In this document: positions 1 through 13,000 of the stretch, piece after piece
Numbering within the stretch: position 1 is the first letter of the stretch
Layout of the letters: each line of letters starts with the position of its first letter
Made by a program: the position numbers and the translations under genes
NCBI GenBank assembly: GCA_965113315.1
Contig: OZ220368.1
Direction: 5' to 3' (one strand)
DNA length: 64,000 nucleotides
DNA from: Podarcis vaucheri
Lineage: Eukaryota
The notes under the pieces: generated by a model
What the model was told of the DNA's origin: nothing
What the model saw: the letters and a program-made list of their open reading frames with translations, nothing else
The model's database searches: none

Positions 1-968
1 TGCGGTAGAGTTACAGACAAAGATTGATAATTCTGCTTGTTGGTTTGCAGAAGTTTATGGGTGTTTCTGAACAGGAGCTTTCCCTGCCTTTGTTTGGGTG
101 CCCCAAACAAAGTGTCAAGACACCTGCTGTTGTTCTGCTGTGTGGGCTAATTTTGGTCTCACATAGTGCATTGGATTGCACAACAGCCAGGCTGTAGTGG
201 CCCAGACCAGCTTTTATATTTTATCTTTGCTGAATAGATTGATAGATAACCAGCATGGAATGCTGGGTTTGGGTTTGCCAAAGGCCAGTTTACATAGGAG
301 CCCTACAGTGAGGCTCCACTTGGTCGGATGCTTCTAGGTGACTATTTCATGTATCACTTGTGACAGATGCTGCAGTAATTGATAGAGAGCCCATATCTTG
401 CATTCTCTCAGCCCTGTTATTGCCACTTGCCTGCTCCCTTCTTCCAGGACCTGAATTTCCTCCTTGTAGTAGTCGGAACCAAGGAAATCATTACAGGAAT
501 TTCTGCAGCACTGGGCTAAGGCATTTTGTCCCCCAAGATGTAGCAATGAAAGCCCCTCCCACAGTCATGGTGTACAGTATCCAAGGATTGTGGGGTGAGG
601 GGAACAGCCACAAGCGCTTCTCTCCCCGCTTTCTGGCAGTCAAAATATAACGGTCAGAAATTAAATAGCTAATAATTTGCTACCCTTTCATGACGGCCAA
701 GTTCAGCTGCTTGAGGCAGTTGCCCCACTATACCTAAGCGTAGAGCCGGCCCTGAACTTTGGAACTGGTAGGTCCTTTAGCAACATGGAGGCTCTGACCG
801 TGTGGAAGCTCTATATAGAGGGGTTGTATATGAACTGGAGTGAAGATGTGGCATAAGTATATAAATAATGTGTGTGTAGCACACCTGTCTTTGCCTTATT
901 GTGTTAGCAGGAGACATCACAGCACTTTCCAGGTGTGATCCTACTGCCTCCCTCCGTAGAGCTCGGTC

Positions 969-1023
969 ATGAAGAGTAAGGATGAGACCAGTGACACAGA
1001 CAGTGGGATCATAGTACAGTCAG
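969..1023 (+). CDS. INAVA: INAVA coding exon 1 ([19 protein letters not shown])
   Basis: ATG at 969 (gtcATG), donor G|gtgagt. In-frame stops upstream at 936 and 957. Upstream acceptor ambiguous (910 or 959). Confidence 0.92.
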
Positions 1024-4000
1024 GTGAGTGACGGATGGGGAAATTCCTGCTCATTATCATGTAGTGCCAGCATCGTCTCCTGGATTTGTTCCTGTGTCAA
1101 CAGGTTTAAGCAAGAATGACTGCACTGTTTGGGGTGGGTGGGTGAGGGGTCTTCTTTCTGCCCCAAGCCTGTAAACTTACCATAGAAGATTAGACTAGAA
1201 GGTATCACCACAGCTGCATGGAGATCAAAGCACAGCTGTGAAAAGAACCCTCTGACTCATTAGTCATGGCTGGCTCCTTGTTGATTCTATTTCAGTCTGG
1301 CTTCCTCCTAGCTGGGCTATGATGTAGCCCAAAGTGTTCAGCTGGGGATGCCCAGGATACCAGAAAAGAGTGTGATCTTGCGTGGACACATGCAGACAGG
1401 AGCAAGGGCTATCAAGGGTGGTCTTGGATTTGGGGGGCTGGTGTTACATGGCGGAATCCTAGTGCTTTAAAAACAGGAGTGGGTAACCTGTCACACGTCA
1501 AATGTTGTGGGACTCCCATTAAGTGCAGCCAACTTGGCCAGTGTTAAGGGATTATGAGAGTTGTAGTCCAACAATATCCGAAAGACCACAGTTTCTCCCC
1601 TCCCCCTACCAGTTTAAAGTATCGTGCTTCTCAATCTCAGGCTTGTGGGTTCGAGCCCACATTGGGTAAAAGATTCCTCCATTTCAGGGGGTTGGACTAG
1701 ATGATCCTTGTGGTCCCTTTCCAACTCTAGAATTCTATGATTCTATCTTGTGATATAACTGGTTCCTCATCATAAAAGATTTCTTTTCAAAAAACCTTAG
1801 TAGCATTGAAATACAGGCAGAGGGTAGTGTTCAACTTACTCAGGGTAGACCCATTGAAATTAATGGACCTAACTTAGTCATGCTCATTGATTTCATTGGT
1901 ATTACTCTGAGTAAAACTTAGTTGAGTACCATCCGGGGTGTTGCAAAGTGGACGTAATCCCTACTGATGACTCCGTAGGAGGCTATTTCACTAAAATCCT
2001 TCGGCTGCCCGGTATGTGGCATACTTTCTGCATGAGTAATATCTGATCATTGTACTTACTTAGTTATATATAAACTTTAGAAACAGCTTCCATGAACAAT
2101 TAGCGTAAAAGTGCTGAACAACATACTTGTGGTAGAAGTAAATAATCAGGCCACACTTAAGATGTGATGTTGTATATACAACAAGATTCCCTCTCATGTA
2201 GGAAGCTATGGCATATGATGCATCTCTTAATGGTTTTGAACTATCTGTGTGTACAGACAATGAATGGTAATCTTTTTTCATAGGGTGGGCTCATGCCAGT
2301 GAAAAGCACTACTTTGGGATCTATAGTGCGTGGCAGCTCTAAGCAAGAGTTGCAGTGGGGGATCCAGACAAACAAAATAATAAGAGAGTTCCTAGTCTGA
2401 TTCCTTTTGCAACCCCAAGTGCTTATTTGATATCTCAGGGCACATCTGAATAGAAACTGCTCCCAGTTTAGCAAGTTAGTTCTAAACTGGAGACGTTTCT
2501 TCTACCATCACCACTCAGAAAGTGTTGTATGGTTTCACACAATCCTGCACCCACCCCTACACTTATGAGGGAATGGTCTCCTATTGTCCTGTATGAATGA
2601 GCTAGTGTGGGTTGAGATCTGACCTTTATGTGGCTTGTGAGGAGTCAACAATCTGGCTGAGTGCCTCTGATCTGTGGAAGAAGCAGCATGAGCTAAAATC
2701 TTCTGGAACTGCTGTCTTAAGGCTTACAAATATCAAAGACTCCTTTTTGTTCCGGTCTGTGAGCAGAGCACCCAATCTGTTTGCTTAGTTCTGTAATAAA
2801 CTTAATGATCAGGAATATCACCATGGAGTCTCCTCCTTATCTGATCTGCGATGACCTTGAGGTGCTTGCAGCTTGGAAGTAAGAGCTAATCAGTCCTGGC
2901 TGTTGTACACATTCCATACCCCACCTGATGAGCTGTCAAGACAGCCTCTCCTTTGATGTCCCATGCCATTTTTATGATAACTGCTAATGACACCGGTCTT
3001 TAAGATGCATTCGCAAGACCTGCAGCTGGCTCCAGAAAGTTGCCCAAGGGCCTCTCTGTATGGGTCATTAAATATTGCTGCTTCCCTTCCCGCCCGTAGC
3101 ACCTGACAGGTCATCAGTCTGTGTCTGTCTCAACCCTTCCAGGACTAGACAGCCCCATGTCTCCAATGAAGGATCTGACACAAGCTATGAGGAAACAGCA
3201 GAAGGCGCTGGAGGAGCGACTAGAGGCCTGTGTGCAGGAGCTGCGAAGGCTGTGTTTGCGCGAAGCGGTAAGGGGCCAGGAAGTCTGCCGGGTTGCCACA
3301 CACCCTTTGGGCTGCATGAGGTGTCCTGCTAAAGTAAAGAGGGCCCATCTTTAAGGGCTGTGGTTCTTTGGACTCGGACGCTCACAGAAACTGGAGAGGC
3401 TTTCCTCAAAGATCAAAGACACTCAGACATGAGGGAGGGGCAATGTAACCCAAAGGTAGTACTAGGAGAAAATATCTGGGGGCGAATAAAGGGCAAAGAC
3501 TGTATCAAGAACACTTTCCCCATTGGAGAGTTGCTCCTGCATTATTCAAGACGTTAACTTCTAAAGCAACCCATAATTAACAAGCTTAATTAAGCAAGCC
3601 TAGCCATATGCTGTAAGTGAATCTGATGAGGTAACTTTTCCCTCTTGACCTGAGATACTGCAAATAGTTAAAAATTGAACATGGAAGTTTCTCCCAGAGA
3701 AAATTTTCTGGGCCCCCTGGAACAGAACCAACCCATCAAACCAACCACTATTAGTTGTGGTATTTTAATGCGCCAAGGAGAAAATAATTAAAACAATAAA
3801 CGACCCTTTCTAGCCTATTGCTATTACCCTCAGTTAAAAGAGTACACAACAAATGGGTTTTTGTTTGGTTGGTTGGTTTTGCAGGACACCAGAACTGTAC
3901 CTTGCTCTCTTGAATGTTTTAGGGAATATTTTCCGGAACTTTCTATTACTTCCCCAGTCTATTTCCTACCTAACACTATCTCTTCATGTGCCTTGCCATT

Positions 4001-7000
4001 AGTTTTCAGGGGGGCACTGGAAATAATTGGATTTGTAAATAAGTTTAGGGGAAATGTTTTTTAAAGGGAAATTTAGAGCTGCCCAGTGGTTTGCCATTGT
4101 AATTGGAGCACAAAGCACACACTGCTACAACACACCTGTGCATCTTCGTGTGTGTGTGCGTGTGTGCATGTGTGCATACATACTTTCTTGCTTAGAGACA
4201 CATTTCATGACATTTGGAAGCCTACAAAGAGTGGGAGAAAATCCCCAGAACTGGGAATCTGGCAGCACTAATGCAGAAGAGTGTTATAGTCAAACTTCAC
4301 ACAAGAGGAATCTTGAACTCCCAACTAACAGTGGAGTGTGGGGCATGTCTTTGGCAAAGGGAAGAGAAATGGGTATGGTTGAACAGGACCTGGTCTGCGG
4401 GAGTCTGGACTACTTAAATTACTTTTCACATTTTTATCAGTCACTTTTTCATCACCTAACATAATACAACTTTTGCATAATTTGAATTTTTGAACTGCCC
4501 ACCTCCCCCCACCCAGTACCGTAACTGTCCATTTTAGGTCTGGCTGCACTTAAAAAAAAGCAGCTTTGGTTTGGAATGAACTCAGGCCTGGTTATTTTGT
4601 GTGGCATCTATCTATGGCTGTCGTCGCTGCCTGAGGTTAACTTGATGCCATGGGACACTGAGGAAATAGAAGAAGCTGCCAAGCTAACAAAATAATGGCA
4701 TGAGATCCTATTTAGAGAGAGAGATTGATAGACAGGTATTTTGTAAGCTGCTCTGAAGACCCAGGGTGTGACTGAAAGTACACTGTTCTAGGAACTGAAC
4801 CTTCCCTTTGCTGTTTTCTTGACAGGAACTGACAGGATTGCTTCCTTCAGAGTATCCTCTGAAACCAGGAGAAGTGGCCCCAAAGGTCCGACGTCGAATT
4901 GGTGCTGCTTTCAGACTGGATGAGAAGGCCTTTCTCTCCAGAGGAGTGGTAAGAGGAATATTGCTGAGGTGCTTGTCCCCCTGAGTTTAGGGAATATGGG
5001 CAGAAACAACATTTCCAATTATCCAGGGCGCTGCTTGGAAATCTGCTTGTGGTGGGAGTCACTATCAGCTGTCATGGCAACCCTTGCTGCAAGCACAGAA
5101 GTGTCCAGAATGAGATGGGAAGAAAAATGTTGTGCTGCTGATACTAGAGTCACTAGACCATTTTTTCCTGGCAGATGAAGCTGCAATTCAAAAGCAACTT
5201 CCCCTCTCTACTGGCAATCACCAGCAAACCACCTCACTGAGAATCAAACTGGTTTCTTCTGAGAGCCTTTACAGCCAGAGATAACAAAAAGCCACACAAT
5301 TTCAATTTGCACAGTAAAAGAGTTCTCTGTGTCAAGTGCAAGAGGGCGAAAAGCAAGTTTCCCCCTGGTGAGGGCATGTACATACCCATGTAATTTTCCA
5401 TCTGTAATCCCTTTCACCAATTGTCTACATGAACCTGCAGTTCTTAACAGGCAGGCAGCCTTTATAGAAGTGGGGAATTTATTTATTTTTTCACCGTTTT
5501 TGAAACCAAGTTAAACTAATCCAGGAACACCCCAAACACGTTTCTTTGTTGACAAGGGATGGCTTGCATTAGGATTATGCTGTGAATTCCCACTGAAGAC
5601 GATACAGTGCCAGAAAGCAGCTGTCAGCTAAAAGAGGACTTTGGGGAATGATTAGGTTGTTTGGGTTCAGCATCCTGTTAGAAACTCCCAAAGGGACAGA
5701 GACGCTTCAGGCTCCAAACACACAGAGGGAGTTAGGCCTCATTTCCATCAAAGGTGTGGGATCTGTTCAGCTATGCAGTCTCACTCTCTTTCTCTCCCCT
5801 GCCATCTGTTTTAATAATAATCTTAGTAGGAGGCGGCCTAGGTGTGGTGCTGCTTATTATTTTTTTGCTGTGTGCCCATAGTGGGTGGCACAGGGTGTGG
5901 GCTCCGAGTGGAACTGTGTGTGTTTTGTACAAGTGTTCTTGCTTACCATAGCTTCTTTCTCTCTCACACACACTTAGCGTAACTTTGGAAAGCTTTTCAT
6001 TTCACCTTCACCTTGCCGAATGTCACCTACTGACCTGCCTTTTTGCTCCCTTTCCCCAGCCATTAGGAAGCTCTTGCCCCAGAAACATAGAACATTTCCA
6101 CTTAGTCTGTGGATAGTTTTCCTCCTTCAGAAGCCTGCTGGGCAGGGCAGACAGCTGGGAACTGGGCCCAGGACATCAGTCCTATGGCTCATACAGAAGA
6201 ACACACCCCTGCCGATTTCTTAAATCCTGAATAATTACCATCACTGGCTCAGGATTCGCAAATCCCTAAACTGGATTAGAATCTCCCTTCTGCTCATAAG
6301 CAGGCATTGAAGGAGTGGGAAATCACCCGTCTATTGTTATTTAATTATCCTGACTGTGAGTGAGACAGAAAGATTTAGTTCAGCCTGTGATGCGCTCAGA
6401 TGCAAAAGAAGACATTTGGGCTCGTGTGCTTTTAATATTTGAATTGCAGCTGGTGTCATGCAAGCTACATTTACTGAGGTTCCCACTTCTATGCAGCTAT
6501 TAAAAATGCAAGAACCCTGCTATCTTTTCATCCGACCACTCTAGAATGCACATGGAATGTAACTGGGAGATGCATGAAAGTCAAACTCAGTAACTGATTT
6601 GATCTACCAAAGGACGTAAGGAAGGAGCCTATGATTTATGAGTTGAAGCAGGGGGTGGGGTAATGGTAGTAATGCCTTGGAAGCATCCAGCTGCCAAGAG
6701 TGCCCTAGAAATACAAGAAGCTGCCTAATGCCCAATCGGGCATTGGTCCATCTAGTTCAGTATTGTCTACACCCGTGTTTCTCAAAATTGGGTCTCTAGC
6801 TGTTTTTGGACTACAGTTCCCATGATCCCTGACCACTGATGCCTGCTAGCTAGGTATGATGGGAGTTGTAGTCCAAAAACAGCTAGAGACCCATGTTTGG
6901 GAAACCCTGGTGTATTACAAACTAGCAGGCAGCAGACTTCCCCAGCCCTAGCTGAAGATGCTGGAAATTGAACCTAGGATCTCTTGCAAGCTCTTCCACT

Positions 7001-10000
7001 GAGCTGTACAGCCCTTCCCCAGGCTTCTCCATTGCTGTGATTTTGGATTCTGCCACTTTAGTCCTCGTGTACCCCCTTTTGAAACGCTGGGTCGCTCCAT
7101 CCTTTCCGAAGAGTTTCATAGTTTGGAATCCATGTCTGTTCTCCTCCGCAGGATCCTCTGAGCATGTTGGAGAGAGACCTAGCTCTGCAGCTGCAAATTG
7201 CTGAAGCAGCGCGATGTCTGTCCCGGGAAGAGAATCTCACCAAGCAGGTTCGGAAGCGCCGCAAAAGTGCTGTGCTGAAGGAGGAAAAGAAGCTGAAGGA
7301 GCTGGAGCAGTCTGTCACAGAGTGCCGCCAGGCAGCCAGGCATTCGTCACAGCTGAGGGCCAGTGCGCCAGCCTTACAAGGTGAGCTGGAGCTTAGAGTG
7401 GCAGGTCTGAGAAATGGGTCCTTTGCGTGTGGTGATAATGACAATAAAAATATACAAAGGGAGGTACAGTGGTACCTCGGGTTACATACGCTTCAGGTTA
7501 CAGACTCCGCTAACCCAGAAATAGTGCTTCAGGTTAAGAACTTTGCTTCAGGATGAGAACAGAAATTGTGCTCTGGCGGTGCGGCAGCAGCGGCAGCAGG
7601 AGGCCCCATTAGCTAAAGTGGTGCTTCAGGTTAAGAACAGTTTCAGGTTAAGAACGGACCTCTGGAACAAATTAAGTACTTAACCTGAGGTACCACTGTA
7701 TAGTAAAATTGTTCTTTGTGGCCACTGTACAGCAGGACAAAACTGAATGGTGATAAATTGAAATGAGTAAGTATAAGGAAGAGGGTTTATTAATTAAAAA
7801 AAACCCCAACCAAAAAACCTTGAGTTGTCAGGAAATGAAGACAGAGTCTGGAATTAAATATCTGTCCTTAGAAATCAGAAGTAGGTCAGACAGGCTTCTG
7901 ACAGGCGTGGTTTAGTTGGAATTCATCCCAGTTCAAGGGAGGAAACTGACCTTTTATGGCTTCTTCCTGCCCCTGTAATCTACGCAAACTGCAGTTTTCT
8001 GTCAGCGGTTGCCAAAGTGAGCTCAATCAAGAACAGGGAGAGCCAGCTGGAGGAGGAAGCATGTAGAAACCTGCAGCGAATGACGCAAAGACCTGCAGTG
8101 CCAGATTAACCCTTAGGAAGGCGTAGAAAGTTAGATAGCTCTGGATCCAAATCTCTTGGTTTTATAGGGACTTGGGGAAGTTTGCTGCATAGGGAGCAAT
8201 GGGAAATAAGCATGCAGGGGATGGCATTGTAACACTCACTCTACCCCCCCCCCGACCTATAGATCCACTCTCATAACACTAGAAACTGCAGGCACTCAAT
8301 GAAGCTGAATATTGGAAGATGAAGGACCATGCACTGCGCTTCACACAGTGCATCGTTAAACTATGGAATTTGCTCCAACAGGAGGCAGTAGTGGCCCCCA
8401 GTTTGGATGGCTTTGTTAGAGAATTGGACAAATTCGTGGAGGGCAAGGCTATCTAGCCATGGTTGCTATTTTCTGCCTCTGCTGTCAGAGGCACCATGAC
8501 TCTGAATACCAGTTCCTGGGAGCCACAGGTGGGCAGGCTGCTCATGTTCTGGCTTGCAGGCTTCCCTTGTGTGTCTGGTTGGCCACCGTGAGAACAGGAG
8601 GCTGGACAAGGTGGGCCATTGGCCACTGGCCCGATCCAGCAGACTCGCCTTACATTCTGATGGTTCTTGCCCAGGTATTCCATTAAGGAAGCATCTATAT
8701 TGATAATAGGTCCACTGGTGTGGGTGGGTGGGCGGTTGCTTATATTCTCTGTCCAGCGTTTTTTGCGCAAGACTGCAGGAAGATGCAAGTTTGCACGTGA
8801 GAAATTGCTGCTTCCCTCCTCTGCCGCTTGCCTGAGGAATCCCTCAGCTGCCCTGCTGATGGACGAGATGTCTAGGCAGATTGGGCAAGAGGTCTCAGCT
8901 TCTGAATGAGGCCATCTGACCCTCCCGTTGGCCACAGAATCGCCTGGGGGCAGGCGGTAAAAGAAACTCAGTGGCTGGCAGCTGCATTTCAACACAGAGT
9001 TAAGCATGCTTAAGGCCTCCGAAAATCAATCAGCTTGAGGGCACTTAACTCTGCATTGGATTACGGCCAGTTTATAGCATCCATACTGCATTTGAAGAGT
9101 GAAAGAATTTTTAAAATATTAATTCGTAATTAAGTGTTTTGCCTGTTTGGGAAGAAGATTCCCAAAATATGACTCTAAATCCCCTCCCAATTGCTATTAA
9201 TTCACTGCATCAGGGAATATCTCTTTGAGGAGCTTAAGTGTGTGAATGCAGGGCTTTGAATGATGTGGTTTGAGGCTCTGGGAATTAGCTCAGAACTAAG
9301 AAGTGTCTGAGAGAGAGAGAGAGGGAGAGGGAGCTTTTATTTCCCCTTTCTAGAAGCTCAGTGGGATTTATGAGCACATATTTCTAGGGAGCATCAGAGG
9401 GTTCTAATAACTGCTTGAAAATCTGATCATTGTTCCTCCTTGTCTGTGCCAATTCTTGTGTCTTCCCCAGGGTTCAGTGCCTCTGATGAGAACTCCTTGT
9501 TGGATGCTGTTGCGGTAGAAGAAGGTAAACTAGATAACTGTGATCTCTGCACTGTCATTACCGTGTGCTTGTGACTTTCCTTCACCTAGCGTAAAGTGGT
9601 AGTTAAGCCTTTGAAGAGACAAACTGTATCTGATCACTGCTCTCTGACATCTTGTCGAGGTTTGGCCCTGATTCATACCACATGACTAAGAATTAGGCCA
9701 CAGCAGCCAGCTAGACTTGCAAGACAGAGAAGAGAGTTAGTGAATGGATCTCATCTAAATTTTCAAAAGATTCAAGTACAAAGGTGACTGATAAGTGGGT
9801 CTTTTATGACTGTGGATATCTGCTAAATTCCACATCCTGTTTTGGTTTAATCTAGAGTGATAAGAGTCTGTGATAAGTGATTTGGTATATTTTGAATGAT
9901 ATAGCCTAAACCAGTGGTTATTCATGCTTTTTAAAAAATCTATTATTAGATATCTTACTTGCCTTTTACTATAAGGTGCCAGGGTAGACTACAGCAATAA

Positions 10001-13000
10001 AATAAACAGTTTTGAAACAAGCAAAATAGTCACAACTATAAAACAAGAAAAGTGTAAAACAGTTAAAAACAGTTCTGTACATAAAACAATTACAATCAAT
10101 TCCACATATGAAAACTGTTAAAAGTAGTTCCAGTATAGATGCAGTTTGGGATGAAGTCCTCCATTTAAATGGCTTGTTGGAACTGGAAAGTCTTCACAGG
10201 TTCTGAAAACACAACAGAGGGAATTCCAAGGGGCAGATTCCAGCACACTAAAGGCCCGATTCCTGTATTGTGCAGGGTTGACCCCATTACAATATGGTAT
10301 TTGCAGGAGGCCCTCACCTGCAGAGTGCAGTGATTGAGTGGGTTTGTAAGGGGTGAGATGATATTTAGGTACCTTGGTCCCAAGATGCATGGGGATTTGT
10401 ACACCAGTTCCAGCACCTTGAATGTAACTCAGTAGATAATGCTACCATCCAGGTTTTAGCGTTGCAATGCTGCAGTTCTTTCCTTTTCCTTTTCTGAAGA
10501 ATCCCAGGTGCTGAGTGCCCATCTTCCGCCAATGCTCACAGCTTCAGCTCGCCTCCAACCCCCGCCTGGTTCTTCGGCTCAGCCTCTGCGTTCTGCGCTA
10601 CTAGAAGGGCAAACCCACTACCAAGCCACGGACGTGGAGTGCTCTCCCATCCAAAACAGCCCATGGAAAGAGACCAGTCTGGACAAGCCCTATGAAAAGC
10701 CAAAGAAATCCACTGAGGCCAGCAGTGTGCCAAGGTCAAGACCTTTCTTCTCTCGCTCTTCTTTGGATATGCTTGCGTGGTCTTGAGATCAGCCTCTGTT
10801 AATGTTTGTTTGCATGCATGTAATATGGAAGCTACTGTAGAGTCTGTCCATTACTTCATTTTAAGAACAATAAGCATTGTATTGTTTTGCTGCTTTATTG
10901 TGATTGTGCAATGTTTCCATTTTTTTATTTCCACAAATCCACCTTAAAGTTGTTTAATTTAATAACATGAAATGAAATTGCCTGTAAATCCCAGCCAATA
11001 TAGGCTTCACAATTGCATTGGGAAAAGTGTCCTTTGAGAACCACTGACCTAGAAACTTAGTAGTCCAATTAACTAAGCCAGAACAGCGGGTTTTGTGGAC
11101 CCACTTGAGTCTTGCTTTCTCTTTTTACTCCTGTTTTTCACTCTTAGGGGAGATGAAAGGGAGGGGGATTTGACCCCTGACCAGAGCCTCTCACTCCTTT
11201 GCACACAAAGAAAGATGACAGGACTGCAGGCAGTTTCTTACTTGATGTTCTTATTGTGTTCTGTTATAGCAGTCCAGGCCTGCTGTCTCAACCGTCACCC
11301 AGCCGTACCCCTCAGACAACTGCTGAGGCATCGCCATGCCACTTTGTTCCTCCCAGGAAGCTGGAAGTAAGGAAACAGGCTGGTTCCAGTGCCCCACAGA
11401 CACCTGAGTTCCTGGGAAGGAGAGGACAACCTCAACTCATGAGGTACTCTATGGACCTAGGGTCAATTCACGTACTCAAGCAGGTGGCCCTGCCTGTTGT
11501 TACCTAATCACTCTTTGAAGTTTGAACATGTCAGATACCTTGGGGTGAGGCTATATGTACGTTGTGCTTCTATTATCAGGCCTCACAAATGCAAAATTTA
11601 AAATTCAGCGTTTTGGGAATCTCAGCTCTCGGTTATTTTTGTTGTTGTTATTATTATTATTATTATTTTGCAAAAAGGGTTTTCTAGTCCTCCTAGCTAT
11701 GAAAATAGGCTTGAAGGCAAATGAGCAATGTTTGGGAATATGTTGGAAGCTAGAGGAAGGGCAAACAGGATTTCCAGCAGTTAAGGGATGGGGCTTCAGT
11801 GCCCTGCATTGTTTAATGACCCTCCTTTTTCCAATTGCGTGCAGAATAAACTATACAAAGGAAGCACATAATAATGCAGAGTAGCTCTAAGGAGATTGCT
11901 GTGGCAGTGTAAGCATTTCTCCTTTCTCCTCCCCACATCTGACATAATGTTCTTGGAGTTCTCCTGACAATTCCTAGAGTGGTTTAACCAGTGCTGTTTT
12001 TTCTAAACTGCTCCCTTGTTCTCTTGTAATGGCAATGGCGCCCACCTGAGAGGTGCCATCACAGAGTTCCGGATGAAAAAAGCCCTGGATTTAACAATCA
12101 ATCCTTCCTTGTAGGGAACTCTAAGAACTGTAGGTGTGTGAGGGGAAGGGGGCCTACTAATGACTCTCAGTGCCCTGAATGAACTACACCTCCCATAATC
12201 CTTAGGGGGAAGTGCTTCAAAGGTGTTAAGGTGGCCATTGCGAGCTTCTGATAGATGGTCTTAACTCTCTCCTTCTGGCCTCCAGGGTGTGTTCATCCCG
12301 GGACGGCTTCGAGTCCCGTGGAAGAAGCGCATTGCCAAGGCGGCGTCCCACCTACTACACTGTCACCGTCCCCGAGTACTGCTTCTCTGTGCCCAAGGCC
12401 AACCCAGCCGCCAAGCCCACCTACCACTCCGCCTCAGAAGACAGCAATTCGGATGTCTCCAGCATCTCCTATACCACCTCTGCTGGTAGCAGCAGCCCCG
12501 ACATCTCCTTCCTGAAGCCAAGCTCCTCGGTCTCCGTGGAGGAGCCCCTGCAGCCGTTTCAGAACCAGACCTCCAAGGGGAATGGACCCGAATACCACTG
12601 CCAGTGTCCTCAGAAGCTGCTCTCACCGCTGGGCTACTTCTCTGCCGTAGAATATGACAACCACCTGCCGGCTGGGCGGGAGCTCGGCCACAGCCGGCCA
12701 CCCTTCCTGTCTGTAAGCTCCGCCCATTTTGCCTACAAGGAAGAGGCGGTGCCTGTGCGGTTCCACCGGTCGGTTGTTTCTCACAGCAGGGTGGTGCGCA
12801 CCCCATCTCTGAAGGACTGCTCCCCGATGGGGCCCCGAGTCCTCTCCAAGTCGGCCGTGACAGAAGAGCTAAAATCGTGGCACGAACGGACTCGGCTGCG
12901 TAATGCGCGGCCACATTCCCTGGACAGACAAGGGGCCTTTCGCATGCGCAGCGGGCCCGGCCGAGAGTTGCGCCCCTCCTGTTCCATGGGGCAGCAAATT

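Noticed and set aside
8453-9007. 184-aa minus-strand ORF
   Set aside because: Partly overlaps a CR1 fragment; no homology cues or splice context.
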